This document shows positions 50,950 to 63,750 of a stretch of 64,000 nucleotides of DNA, piece after piece (position 1 is the stretch's first letter; each line of letters starts with the position of its first letter). The DNA is from Convolutriloba macropyga (lineage: Eukaryota). Location: contig NC_134471.1 of NCBI RefSeq assembly GCF_964194025.1, positions 3,782,001-3,846,000 of the forward strand, given 5' to 3'. The notes below the pieces were generated by a model that ran no database searches, was not told the origin of the DNA, and saw nothing but the letters and a program-made list of their open reading frames with translations. The position numbers were made by a program, and so were the translations under genes.

Positions 50950-52670
50950 ACCACAAGAGCGAAAACAACAGATCAGTTTTACTTTTGCGTCACTCATCTT
51001 TGTCGCCCAGTTAGGCGGAGATAAGGAAACAGCTGTTTTTGTCAATTAAAATAATGCAGAACTATTCGCTGTATTCTATCGAGTGAAAAAGGATTGAAAA
51101 TCTGGCTATGCCTATTATGATTGATCTGCTCAAACCGATTATAAATCCTTTTTACAAATGGGCTAAAACACAAGTTGACATTTATCGCTAAAGCGATCTT
51201 AAAATCAGCAGAACTTCGTGACTCTGTGATGAGAACATCTTGGAACATTGGAGAACTGATCTTGCTCAGTCGATGTTGAATAATAATTCCTTCAATGAAA
51301 AATGCCGGAACAGCAAACTGATAACGAAGAAATCCTCTTCACGAGTAGAAGGATGTCCTGCCATAAAATAAATGAAGACACTGAATAAATCAATGCAACT
51401 GCCGCACGCCATTCATTTCAAAAAAGCAGCAGAGTCAGACGAGCAGTTATCTGCCAAAGATAATCGAAAGAAACGCGAACTTTTAAACAACTTCCTCTGT
51501 TATGTCTTAATATATACTGGCCAAATTCATGAAAATACTTTCTGTCAACCAGGTCAAGTGAACAACTTTGCAATACCGAAAAGGTAATACGGGAAGCTCA
51601 ACAGAGTAAACAAAGCATGTGGGCCGGAAGACATTGGTACTGACGATACAGACGACATCTGATACTGATGACAGAGATGGTATTGATACAGACATGTGAT
51701 ACTGAAAAACGCCACTGTACTTTCAAAAACTCTCAGGCTAGTCCTGCAGATATGCTCAATTAAAGGACAGTTCCCCAGCTTGTGGAAAATGAGCGAGGTG
51801 ATATTTCGGATTTAGTTTTCTTGCGACTGTTTCAAACCTTTTTGAAATACTATTTTTATGCAAATGTACCTCCTAATGAGGAACTTCTAGAAGCTCAGCA
51901 CGGATTCCGGAAAAACCGCTGCTTGGTTCCACAACTTGTGATTTACTTGGATACATATTTTGCCCTATTAGACAGTAATGAACAGTCTGAAATCGGGGCG
52001 TTAAACGTTGACTTCCGAAAAGTCTTTGACAAAATTGATCATCAGAAGCTAATTTCAAAGCTTCAAGATGTAGGAATAGTGGGAAAACTTCTCAAGCTGA
52101 ACGCTAGCTGCCTCATCAAACGTGAACAAATGGTGAAATTTCGTGGCATGAAATCTAAACCAAGCAAAGTTAAGTGGGGTGGAGTGCCCCAAGTTTCAAT
52201 CCTTGCACTGCTAATTTTACCCTGTACATCAACTTGTCCCCTGATTTCACCGAAGTTGTCCCCTGTTGTGGTATGCTGATGACTTCACAAGTCGTAGGGA
52301 ACAGCCTTGAAGAATCTCACATGGTAACAGATCAAATTTGAAGTTGGAGTGAAAGAAATGGAATGGACTTGAACTCTGGGAAAAGTAGAATTCTGGCTGT
52401 AAATGGAGAAATCAAAACCTCTCGCGAGTCAAAAGGGCTCGAAGCTGTACTCCAACAAAAAGACCTGTGTATAATTGTCTGACCTCCTGGTCCGAGAACT
52501 GGAGACTAAGAATCAGCAAGGCTTGGAAAGCATTCTTTATGATAAAACAAAACATCTCAGCCAAAGCAGGCTTGAAGACCAAACTAAAGGCGTAAATTGG
52601 TCGTCTTAAGCATTACATCTTAAGCCTCACAGGTATGGTACCCGTGAAGAACAGATTCAGAATCAATAGT
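50950..52670 (+). mobile_element. Further decayed CR1-like LINE ORF2 fragment
   Basis: AQHGFRKNR, VDFRKVFDKIDH, GVPQVSIL, YADD (~52272) and KDL. Confidence 0.82.
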
Positions 52671-52785
52671 GAAAATCCGGATCTATTCTCGTCCACCCCA
52701 GCTTAGTGGGCATTTATCTTTCACGAAACTCAAACGCGCGTGCTATCTTTTACATTTTACCTGCTATATAACAACATAACGTGTA

Positions 52786-55700
52786 ATTGGTGGTATAAGA
52801 AACAGGAGATGGGGAACAATAGATGGGAAATTTCAATGAAAAGCCAGAAAGTCGATCTCTAACTAAATGGTGACTAGAAGTATCGTTTATTAACACTGAA
52901 ATTAATGCCCCGGTCGATGTACCTAGTGCCAATTTTTTTTACTTAAAGCAAGTTAGTAATGCAAGGTAATTACGCAATCGAACTGTATGTTTTTGCTCAA
53001 TTTGAAGCTAGGAGACATTCGTCCACCACGAGAATGTCAGCCACCAAAAACAGAAGGAAAAAACGCAAGAAATTGTTTGCAGATCCACGAAGTTGTTCAA
53101 CATCGTACGAATATGCAACTGATAAAGCTTCTAATGCAGTTATGCTCCTCTTTTTTCCGTAAAGGCTACAACGAACTAGACAGGTGCTGCAGGAAGTTTA
53201 TGTGCTCCTGTGTAACCTGCAACCCTTCCAAAAAACTGCTAGAGGACGAACGCAGGTTAACAATCGTGAGCGTCGATCCTCCCCCGCTCCTCGTCCTCAC
53301 CAGTAAAAATAAATGTTTTATTACCTGCTCTTGTGAAGCCTTAACTGGAAACGCGACATAGAAAGACTCGCCGCTGTTGTTAATTTGTTTTCTAATAAAT
53401 GTCTATTCCAAATCATCACCAGGTTATCGTTTGTTTTCTTTTTCTTTCCTGTTCTATTCGAATTAGCCTATTATTTACATGTTGTAAACTACTGTTAGGT
53501 TTTCTCCCTCCTGTCATCCTCCTCCTCCGGCTCCTCCTGTACACCAGTAAGAAAAAGGTGGCCTAAATCTTTTATTAGAGACAGGGCTAATGAATAGGAA
53601 ATCTAGCTAATTATACGAGCCACTCCGATTGTTGTGTGTCCAATCGGTCACCTGCCTAATGATGTGTGTGATGTCAAATTGGCGCAGGTCTTCAGATTTT
53701 GAAAAAGTCAGGCGGTCAGAAAACAGATATTTTCATTTGGATATCAAAGCTTATTTTTTTATTGCGCTTTAGCAAGAGTATCCTTGATATGAAAGAGCTG
53801 AATCCGCTTGTCGATAATGTCCGTGGGTCGTGTGCGAAAAAAAGCCATTCAGTGGTCCGGGGCAAGAATCAGTCAGAACAAATATTGTTTTCAGACGTGA
53901 TAACCTGCCTTAGCACACCAAAAGCGTAGCTCCATACCTGCATCCGTGGAAAGCACTCTTTGCCGTCGTTCCGCTTATTAATCATTAAATTGGAACACAA
54001 CATAAGAATGGCTGCCGATGTCGTGTATTTCTGAGCAAATGAATATCAAATTTTGATTTCAATTCACCATCTGTACATCATATAATTTGTGGTATAAGAA
54101 ACAGGAGATGGGGAACAATAGATGGGAAATTTCAATGAAAAGGCAGAAAGTCGATCTGTAACTAAATGATGACTAGAAGTATCCCTAGTGCCAATTTTTT
54201 TAAGTCCTGGTTGTAATAGTGCAAGGTAATTACGCAATTGAACCGTTTGTTTTGCCCAATTTGAACCTAGGCGACACTCGTCCACCACGAGAATGTCAGC
54301 CACCAAAAACAGGTGGAAAAAACGCAAGAAATTGTTTGCAGATCCACGAAGTTGTTCAACATCGTACGAATATGCAACCGATAAAGCTTTTAATGCAATT
54401 ATGCTCCTCTTTTTCTCCATAAAGGCTGCAATGAACTAGACAGGTGCTACAGGAAGTTTAAGTGCACCTGTGTAACCTGCAACCCTTCCAAAAAACTGCT
54501 AGATGACGAACGAGGGTTAACACTCGTGGGCGTCGTTCCTCCTCCCCTTCTTGTCCTCACCAGTAAAAATAAATGTTCTATTACCTGCTCTTGTGAAGCC
54601 TTAACTGGAAACGCGACATAGAGAGACTCGCAGCTGTTGTCAATTTGTTTTCTTATTTTATCATTTGTATTCATTCACTTCCCTGTCCTATTTCGAATTA
54701 GCCTATTATTTAAATATTGTACACCACTGTCAGGTTTTCTCCCTCCCGTTATCCTCCTCCTCCTCCTCCCTCCTCCTGTACACCAGTAAGAGGTGGCCTA
54801 AATATTTTATTAGAGACAGGGCTAATGAATAGGAAATCTAGCTAAATATCCGAGCCAGTCCGATTGTTGTGTGTCCAATCGGTCACCTGCTCAATGAAGT
54901 GTGTGATGTCAAATTGGCGCAGGTCTTCAGATTTTGAAAAAGTCAGGTGGTCAGAAAACAGATATTTTCATTTGGATATCAAAGCTGATTTTTTTGATTG
55001 CGCTTTATCAAGAGTATCCTTGATATGTAAGAGCTGAATCCGCTAGCCAATATTTTTCCTGGGTTGTGTGCGTAAAAAAAGCCATTCAGTGGTTCGGGGC
55101 AAGAATCAGTCAGAACGAATATTGTTTTCAGACGTGATAACCTGCCTTAGGACACCAAAAGGCGTAGCTCCATACCTGCATCCGTGGAAAGCACTCTTTG
55201 CCGTCGTTCCGCTTGAAGCATTAAATTGGAACACAACATAAGAAGGGCTGCCGCTGTCGTGTATTTCTGAGCAAATGAATATCAAATTTGGATTTCAATT
55301 CACCATCAGTACATCATGTTATTGGTGGTATAAGAAACAGATGGGGAACAATAGGTGGGAAATTTCAATGAAAAGGCAGAAAGTCGATCTGTAACTAAAT
55401 GATGACTAGAAGTATCCCTAGTGCCAATTTTTTAAATTCCCGATTGTAATAATGTAAGGTAATTACGCAATTGAACCGTTTGTTTTGCCCAATTTGAACC
55501 TAGGCGACACTCGTCCACCACGAGAATGTCAGCCACCAAAAACAGAAGGAAAAAACGCAAGAAATTGTTTGCAGATCCACGAAGTTGTTCAACATCGTAC
55601 GAATATGCAACTGATAAAGCTTCTAATGCAGTTATGCTCCTCTTTTTTCCGTAAAGGCTACAACGAACTAGACAGGTGCTGCAGGAAGTTTATGTGCTCC

Positions 55701-57830
55701 TGTGTAACCTGCAACCCTTCCAAGAAACTGCTAGATGACGAACGCAGTTAACAATCGTGAGCGTCGATCCTCCTCCCCTCCTCGTCCTCACCAGTAAAAA
55801 TAAATGTTCTATTACCTGCTCTTGTGAAGCCTTAACTGGAAACGCAACATAGAAAGACTCGCCGCTGTTGTTAATTTGTTTTCTAGTAAATGTCAATCTC
55901 AAATCACCACCAGTATATCGTTTGTATTCATTCACTTCCCTGTCCTATTTCGAATGAGCCTATTATTTACATATTGTTAACTACTGTCAGGTTTTCTCCC
56001 TCGCGTCATCCTCCTCCTCCGGCTCCTCCTGTACACCAGTAAGAAAAGGTGGTCTAAATCTTTTATTAGAGACAGGGCTAATGAATAGGAAATCTAGCTA
56101 AATATCCGAGCCAGTCCGATTGTTGTGTGTCCAATCGGTCACCTGCTCAATGAAGTGTGTGATGTCAAATTGGCGCAGGTCTTCAGATTTTGAAAAAGTC
56201 AGGTGGTCAGAAAACAGATATTTTCATTTGGATATCAAAGCTGATTTTTTTGATTGCGCTTTATCAAGAGTATCCTTGATATGTAAGAGCTGAATCCGCT
56301 AGCCAATATTTTTCCTGGGTTGTGTGCGTAAAAAAAGCCATTCAGTGGTTCGGGGCAAGAATCAGTCAGAACGAATATTGTTTTCAGACGTGATAACCTG
56401 CCTTAGGACACCAAAAGGCGTAGCTCCATACCTGCATCCGTGGAAAGCACTCTTTGCCGTCGTTCCGCTTGAAGCATTAAATTGGAACACAACATAAGAA
56501 GGGCTGCCGCTGTCGTGTATTTCTGAGCAAATGAATATCAAATTTGGATTTCAATTCACCATCAGTACATCATGTTATTGGTGGTATAAGAAACAGATGG
56601 GGAACAATAGGTGGGAAATTTCAATGAAAAGGCAGAAAGTCGATCTGTAACTAAATGATGACTAGAAGTATCCCTAGTGCCAATTTTTTTAATTCCCGAT
56701 TGTAATAATGTAAGGTAATTACGCAATTGAACCGTTTGTTTTGCCCAATTTGAACCTAGGCGACACTCGTCCACCACGAGAATGTCAGCCACCAAAAACA
56801 GAAGGAAAAAACGCAAGAAATTGTTTGCAGATCCACGAAGTTGTTCAACATCGTACGAATATGCAACTGATAAAGCTTCTAATGCAGTTATGCTCCTCTT
56901 TTTTCCGTAAAGGCTACAACGAACTAGACAGGTGCTGCAGGAAGTTTATGTGCTCCTGTGTAACCTGCAACCCTTCCAAAAAACTGCTAGAGGACGAACG
57001 CAGGTTAACAATCGTGAGCGTCGATCCTCTCCCGCTCCTCGTCCTCACCAGTAAAAATAAATGTTTTATTACCTGCTCTTGTGAAGCCTTAACTGGAAAC
57101 GCGACATAGAAAGACTCGCCGCTGTTGTTAATTTGTTTTCTAATAAATGTCTATTCCAAATCATCACCAGGTTATCGTTTGTTTTCTTTTTCTTTCCTGT
57201 TCTATTCGAATTAGCCTATTATTTACATGTTGTAAACTACTGTTAGGTTTTCTCCCTCCTGTCATCCTCCTCCTCCGGCTCCTCCTGTACACCAGTAAGA
57301 AAAGGTGGTCTAAATCTTTTATTAGAGACAGGGCTAATGAATAGGAAATCTAGCTAATTATCCGAGCCACTGTCCGACTGTTGTGTGTCCAATCGGTCAC
57401 CTGCTCAATGAAGTGTATGATGTCAAATTGGCGCAGGTCTTCAGATTTTGGAAAAGTCAGGTGTTCAGAAAACATAGATATTTTCATTTGGATATCAAAG
57501 CGGAGTGATTTTTTTGTTTGCGCTTTAGCAAGAGTATCCTTGATATGAAGGAGCTGAATCCGCTGGCCAATATTTTCCCTGGGTCGTGTGAGTAAAAAAG
57601 CCATTCAGTGGTTCGGGGCAAGAATCAGTCAGAAAAAATATCGTTTTCAAACGTGATAACCTGCCTTAGGGCACCAAAAAGCGTAGCTCCATACCTGCAT
57701 CCTTGGAAAGCACTTTGCCGTCGTTCCGCTTATGAAGCATTAAGTTGAAACACAACATAAGAAGGGCGGCCGCTGTCGTGTGTTTCTGAGCAAATGAATA
57801 TCAAATCTCGATTTCAATTCACCATCAGTA
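52786..57830. repeat. Four-copy tandem array of a ~1.24-1.30 kb unit inside the DNAJC19 intron
   Basis: Marker ggtataagaaacag at 52792, 54091, 55327 and 56583 (periods 1299, 1236, 1256); repeated ORFs in the track. Confidence 0.95.
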
Positions 57831-58276
57831 TATCGTTTCTTTTCTTTACTTTCCTCTCACGAATATGCCTATGGTGATCATTAACTAATGTCAGAATTTG
57901 TATTTATATATTAGGATATTCGGAGTGGCTCACCGCCCGAAGTTGATCTACTACCCCTTGGAGAGAGACTTTTTTCAATTGACATTTTGTTTAGACTATT
58001 ATGAACCAATAACATTGAGTTGTAAAAATCCAGCATCAAGCTCTTGGCAAAATATTAGCATTTCGGGGGTAAATAAATGCAAATTTTTAAAAAATGAGAA
58101 AAACCAATTCCCTCTAGTGGATATCAGAGATTCTGATAGCTTGGTAAGTTTTAATTTCATATTTGAGGCTGGAATCTTTATAAAATGCCTTTACTTGTGG
58201 AGCACGTTCTGGGTTCATCCAGCTATTTTTTTAACGCGTTTGCTCCTTTGAAAAATATTTTTTTTGTGCATTTCAG

Positions 58277-58480
58277 GCATACAAGGGTGGCTTTGAGAGA
58301 CAAATGTCGAAATCGGAGGCATGTAAAATATTGAGCGTACCGATGACTTCGACGCCCAACAAAATCAGAGAGAACCACAGGAGACTTATGATTGCAAACC
58401 ACCCAGATAAAGGAGGCTCACCTTACATAGCGTCTAAAATCAATGAAGCCAAAGACTTACTGGACGCCAAAAAGAAATGA
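58277..58480 (+). CDS. DNAJC19: TIM14/Pam18 coding exon 2 (J domain) to the stop codon
   Basis: Acceptor tttttgtgcatttcag|, then [73 protein letters not shown] and [22 protein letters not shown] are Pam18-family signatures. Not shown in the ORF track. DNAJC19 versus paralog DNAJC15 was assigned from the short N-terminus. Confidence 0.95.
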   Translation, partial: AYKGGFERQMSKSEACKILSVPMTSTPNKIRENHRRLMIANHPDKGGSPYIASKINEAKDLLDAKKK

Positions 58481-58833
58481 CTTGTTTTTTCATCACTTTT
58501 TGATCAAAGCCGAATGTGTGCGAGACAGACGGCCGCGGTGGAGTAGCGGCAAGGACTTTGTGGCTTGGTCTTTTTTGAAGAATTTGCTAATCTTTATGGC
58601 AAAATTGATTGCTTTAGCAGATATTCTTAGAAAAAGGTTATATCAATTAGTTTTCGCCCGACATGACATATAGCAAACTGTCCAGTCTTATATTGATAGT
58701 TTCAATGTGGTCCTCAAAACTCTTTTAATTATTTTGTTCTTGTAATTATCCGAGGCTCGGATAAGATTTAGTGCCGGTTTTAACTACGATTAGAACAATA
58801 AGCTAATCATTGGTGTCAACTTAACCGATTGAT

Positions 58834-58839
58834 AATAAA
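58834..58839 (+). promoter_or_regulatory. Candidate polyadenylation signal for DNAJC19
   Basis: AATAAA about 354 nt after the stop codon; motif only. Confidence 0.35.
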
Positions 58840-59025
58840 AGTGCCAGTTGGTTAAAGAGTTTTGACTCATCAATCTAATCGAATTAAATCAATCTAGATA
58901 AATCTGTGATTTACATTCTGATGACTTTGCTGGACACGATCTTAATGCGTTGGCTACTGGGCTAGATAATTCAATATTGGTGGTTATTTCTGAATTGCGT
59001 TCCAAATTAATTTCAGAATCTGTCT

Positions 59026-59458
59026 ATGAGTGTGTCAAGAATCGAGCAATGGCTCAGTTCAATAGGCTTCAAGCAATACACCCAGTTGTTCATTGACAAC
59101 GGCTACGATGATTTCGAACTATGCAAACACTTGAAGGAAAATGACCTGGACTTGATGGGAATCACGATCCCAATTGTCAAGGCTGAAATCTTATCCAGTG
59201 TGAACAACCTTAAAGATGCCCCGAATGCTGCCCATGTTTATTTTTCCATGGATCCCAATTACTGGCAGGCCGATGGAACTGTACATAGCAAGGCATCGAC
59301 TATCCGAAACTACCTTAGGGAACAAAATGACTCGGGGATTATACACGAAAACGAAGGAAATGATGTTTATAATGTAGTTATGCAGGAGCTGACGAAAGAT
59401 GAGATTACACCCACAATGTTGCTCTCGTTTCCTGTGACTTTGAAGTCCAGGATGCCAG
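59026..59458 (+). CDS. SAMD5: SAMD5/SKIP-like SAM-domain protein, coding exon 1 (3' boundary tentative)
   Basis: IEQWLSSIGFKQYTQLFIDNGYDDFELCKHLKENDLDLMGI...ILSSVNNLK...VYFSMDP follows the SAMD5 pattern (W-L, F-x-DNGYDD-x-E-x-CK, DLD-x-x-G, YF-x-x-x-P). Putative donor CCAG|gtcggg at 59459; the ORF track reads on to 59595. Confidence 0.8.
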
Positions 59459-59775
59459 GTCGGGACAGTTTCCTTTTCCCCTGTAGAATCAGACCATCAA
59501 TGTTACACTGTTATTGTTTGTATACAATACCTAGTGGAGTCCCTATTGACCGACAGGGCGTTTTGTCGACAGGCAAAAAAAAATGTGAAATTTAGCTAGA
59601 AAATTTGCGTAAAATTCCGCATAAAAGCCCGAATTTTCAAACAGTAAATTGAAGATAACACTAGTACATACATCGCTTGAGACATCAAATAGGCCGGGAA
59701 CATGTCGAGATAGTTTTTTCAAGCAAATTGGAAAAGACTGTTGGTCATTGGGGAAAAGGAAATGGAAAACGACAG

Positions 59776-59903
59776 GTGCTAGTGGAAGTGACCATAGCAG
59801 GGATAAGATGTCAGATAGTGGGAATGACTCGGACCCTGAAGAGATTTACTGTGCTCAGGACTTGGCTAGTATTTACGAGGAGAGGTTGTCCATACCACAC
59901 GAG
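59776..59903 (+). CDS. SAMD5: Probable exon 2 of the SAMD5-like gene (acceptor uncertain); gene probably continues past the window
   Basis: Frame ...ASGSDHSRDKMSDSGNDSDPEEIYCAQDLASIYEERLSIPHE ends at a strong donor GAG|gtaagc. acag|GT at 59776 is phase-compatible with exon 1 but has no pyrimidine tract. LASIY..L..P resembles, from memory, the post-SAM segment of invertebrate SAMD5/SKIP proteins. Confidence 0.5.
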
Positions 59904-60329
59904 GTAAGCTAATCCCAATGACCTAACGCTTGTATTATTGTGAAAAGGCGAAGAATTCCAAACTCAAAAGGAATTCAAATCATACCGCTTTTGAGTCAAC
60001 TAGACGAGAGTTCCACAGTTATTATGATGTTTACTTTTCACGAGCATGATATCTTAGGATTAGAATTTTTAAAAAAAGTATTGGAGGAACGTTTTAATTC
60101 GTCTTATAATCCTGATACCTCGACGAAAAGTTCTTAATCTTACTGATATTTCATAATATAGAAATCTTTTATCCAAAAACTTATATTTAATCAGTTAATT
60201 TTGTTCTGTTTTTATTGAACATAATAATTGTATAGTTGGCAATATTTGTAGTTATACATAGGAGTTAGCTTGACATCCCAATTTGGACGATTACCCTTTG
60301 AAGGGAGGGCTTTTAACTCTCAAACAGAA

Positions 60330-63300
60330 TTTGTAGCAATTATATTAGTCCGGCTGTCTTTGTGATTTTCTGCTTGACCAATTTTTCGTCAAAAAACGGG
60401 ATAAACAGGTTAAGTTCGCTGGGTATTAAATCGCTGAGCAGCTCTCTTCGAGCTCTTTGCTAGTGTCTATAAGTGTACAGTTTATTGGAGTTGCCGAGAA
60501 GGCATGAAAGGCATAAATGAAAGGGATTTTTTGGGCTGTTTGGACGCCCCCTCACTGAACTCTCACCACCTCGACCGGTGCAACATTCAGATCCCATTCC
60601 TCCGCCTATCCCGGCGCAACCCCCCCCCACCCTAATGCACTCCCCTTATGGTTAATGGTAGCCTCCCTGAGCTTAATCCGCATCTGAGTGCACTGACGTT
60701 AACCGCTTTCCGGTCGTTTGAGAGCAATTCGACCGGCGTTAATCGGTTATGCTCTCTTGTCTGACGTTCTAAAAATAAATAAATAGTGTAATCTCTGCCT
60801 CTGGTTGGTTGCTGTTACTTGGCTTTTTGGTGATTGTCAATTGAAAAAGAAACGGTATTAACTAAAAACTGAATAATCGGGCTATTAAGAGCCGCTGTCA
60901 GCCTCTCAACTGCTGATATTTGGGCGCTCTTTTATACAATTCAAAGAATTCGAATTGTTGGAGCTCTTTCTTTATTTACGACTCGAAGTATTGAGATGTC
61001 CTTTTTTGAATAGTTTTTAGAGTGAATTTTGAAGCACGAAATGAAACATGTAAAAAATATTGGCGCGGTTTAGGTGCTCAACAAAATTGAAGATTGGAGC
61101 GAAAAGAGAGTGGCTTTCTTGTCCATGCTGCTGTTTTCGAGAGAGCAAAAATTTGAGGTGTGAAAAAAATTCTGTAAGCGAGCAAAATTTTCTGTTCGCG
61201 TGCGGCTTTTTAAAACTGTTTTTTTTTCTGAATTTTTTGGTTTAGCAATTCGATTATGATATTGTTATAATTGATAGCCGCAAAGCAATAGCGACTATTG
61301 GGGACATAGTGTTTTTTTACTTCGCCGTCTCCATCGATGATTCTTACGACCTGACTCCCTGGACTTGACTTTTTCAACGACTACAGTGACTTCTACTGCT
61401 TTGCAGTTAAAATTTGTGTACGTGACGTCATTTGTTGTGTTTTTTGGTCAAATGCGTGACTTACCTCACTCAAAAAATGAAATCTGAAATCACTTACTGA
61501 ACATTAAATTTTATGAACATTTACTAGTTAAAGATCAATAGTGTGCATCCAAGTAGTGCCAAATGTATAAGCCCTAATTCTTGAGTATTAGAGTCTGGTC
61601 AATCTGTCTATTTTGTCTCTTTAGTTATTTCAATTCACGGAAGGCCACAAGCGTCTATCGCGGCTATTTTCCGGCAATCTGCCGGCTATGTTTTATGGTT
61701 CTCTTGATAATTCTTTGAAGGTCTCGTAACTTATATGATTTTTATAACAGTTTACATGAATTTAAGCTGTTTTGCTGAGTTTTAGGCGAATGTTAACAAT
61801 TTCTCGTTTTTTGTTTTGTTTTACTGCTTTGTGTGGGATTTGAAAGGACGCTTATTTCATAAGGAGTTTTCTGATACCAATTGATTACATTTTTATTGGT
61901 ATTAAACTTTCTCTTTTGAGAACAAATGACAACACAGAAGTTTTAAATTATTTTAACATTTAAACAGCAGTTTTTTGTTTTTTTTTAATTAATCTGACTA
62001 AATTTTTTTTAGCAATCATATTAGTCCTGTGGTTTTCTATGCAATTTCGGTTGACCGATTTTTCCTCTGACCCATTCGAATTTTCGTCCTCCAAAAGGAG
62101 ATAAACAGGTAGCGCCCAGAGTGCATTAAGTTCGCTTAGAGCCTTTCAGCTCACTCATCTCCTAGTATTCGAATCACAGAAACGGTTTGGGAGACTTATT
62201 CTTATGGTGTGAACCCCCCAAAGCAGCCATCAGCCCCTTCACTTCAACCCCCAATACCCAGTCCTGCTCATCGTTGAGATCTTAAGAGCCCCGTGCAACC
62301 AAAGAAACCGCACCTGCATCAACCTCACCTCCCCCCCCCCCCGCTGCGCTCATATCACGCCACTTAATTTAAGCTAAAAATCGTAGCTAGCTACTGACGA
62401 ATCGAACGGTCGTTTGAGAGCAGCTTGCCCGACGATAGTCGGTCATGTTTTCTAATCTTAGATAATTTTCTTAGCCTTTTATGATGAGCTGTTTTGGCTC
62501 TGTACTCTCGTAATATCAAACATTTCATAAATTTTGCAGGATTTTTTATTTGAAGTTGTTTGAACCGATTTTTGTAGTATTTGGGGATGTCTAAGATTCA
62601 AACTAGTTGTTTTTCTGCCTTTTGATTTTTGTTTTGAGTTGTTTTGGTAACCATTATTGATTAATATTTAAGCAGATTTTGTCAGATTTTTGTCCCGTTT
62701 TTACTGTTTTTGCTAATTTCTCTCATTTTTTTTGTGCTTTTTACCAATTTTTACTGTTCAATCTTTTATTCAAATCTTCTATAGAGGTGATGCTTAAGGT
62801 CACTGGAAGCCAGACTGGGCACTTCTCAATGAAAAACAGTACAAATTTGAAACTTTTTTTCCTTTTTTCGTTCTTCGCTATTTTTGTATAAATCGGCAAG
62901 GTGTTGAATTGGTGTAGGCTTGACCCAAATAAGTGTTTTTAAAAAAAATGGTTTGGAAGTAGCTTATTGTCAATTCATTTGTAGCTCATTTGTCTTTAAA
63001 CTTTGTAGAGAATTCAATTCCCTATTCAATTTACAATTTGCAGAGACTTCATTTCGTCTTACTATTTTTCATATTTATTGATTGTTTTTTTTCTAAGGGG
63101 TTTTCCAAATCAAATTCCAGCAATGTGTATGTCTTGTTTTTTTGTTTAGTCACTGAAAATTGTTTCGGTTCCAATTCAGAACTTGTCCTGCTATGTTTTT
63201 AATAACCGCACAGCGATAGCTGGGGCTATTATTGGCCCTCTCTTGTTTTTTTGTTTCGTCGTCGCGATTTCTGTTACGACCATAAGACGTCACAACAACT

Positions 63301-63750
63301 TTAAATCTGCTTTTTGTTCATTTGTTCATGCGATTTCAACTGAAGTGCGTGTGTGACGTCATTTTTTGCTCTTTGTGGAGCGAGTTTTTTTGTTCATTTG
63401 CGTGATTAAAGTTTTGGTCTCACTTGACTTACCGCACTCACAAAAATGACTTCCTCACTTTGAAATTGACTTTTATTTACTTTAATTCAAAGAGATAAGG
63501 TCAAATGGGTGTGCCTCACGCTAAATGAAGGTTATTAGAGAGCAGCTAATAGAGGCAACAAAATCAGATTTTAAATCAAAATATAACATATCAGCGTTCA
63601 ATGAAAAGACGATTTTTTTTGGTCTGTCTTTTTACTGTTTTTTGAGACTGCAGATCTACTAAGCTATTGCGGCTATTTTCCTGCAATCTGCCAGCTATAT
63701 TTTAATCATTTTGCTTTTCAATGCGTTTTTCGTTTTACATAACTTACGTT
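60330..63750 (+). repeat. Old interspersed repeat in two diverged tandem copies (~60.3-62.0 kb and ~62.0-63.8 kb)
   Basis: Anchors gataaacaggt (~60400/~62100), cggtcgtttgagagca (60711/62407) and gcggctattttcc.gcaatctgcc.gctat (~61660/~63668). Confidence 0.7.

Noticed and set aside
56700-56816. Walker B-like ILVVDE suggesting a helicase/ATPase in the 1.26-kb unit
   Set aside because: No Walker A or other helicase motifs found in the frames I read.
59459-59486. 28-nt mini-intron (gtcggg...ttttcccctgtag) in the SAMD5-like gene
   Set aside because: Very short, and the resulting frame reaches a stop at ~59598 with no recognisable sequence.
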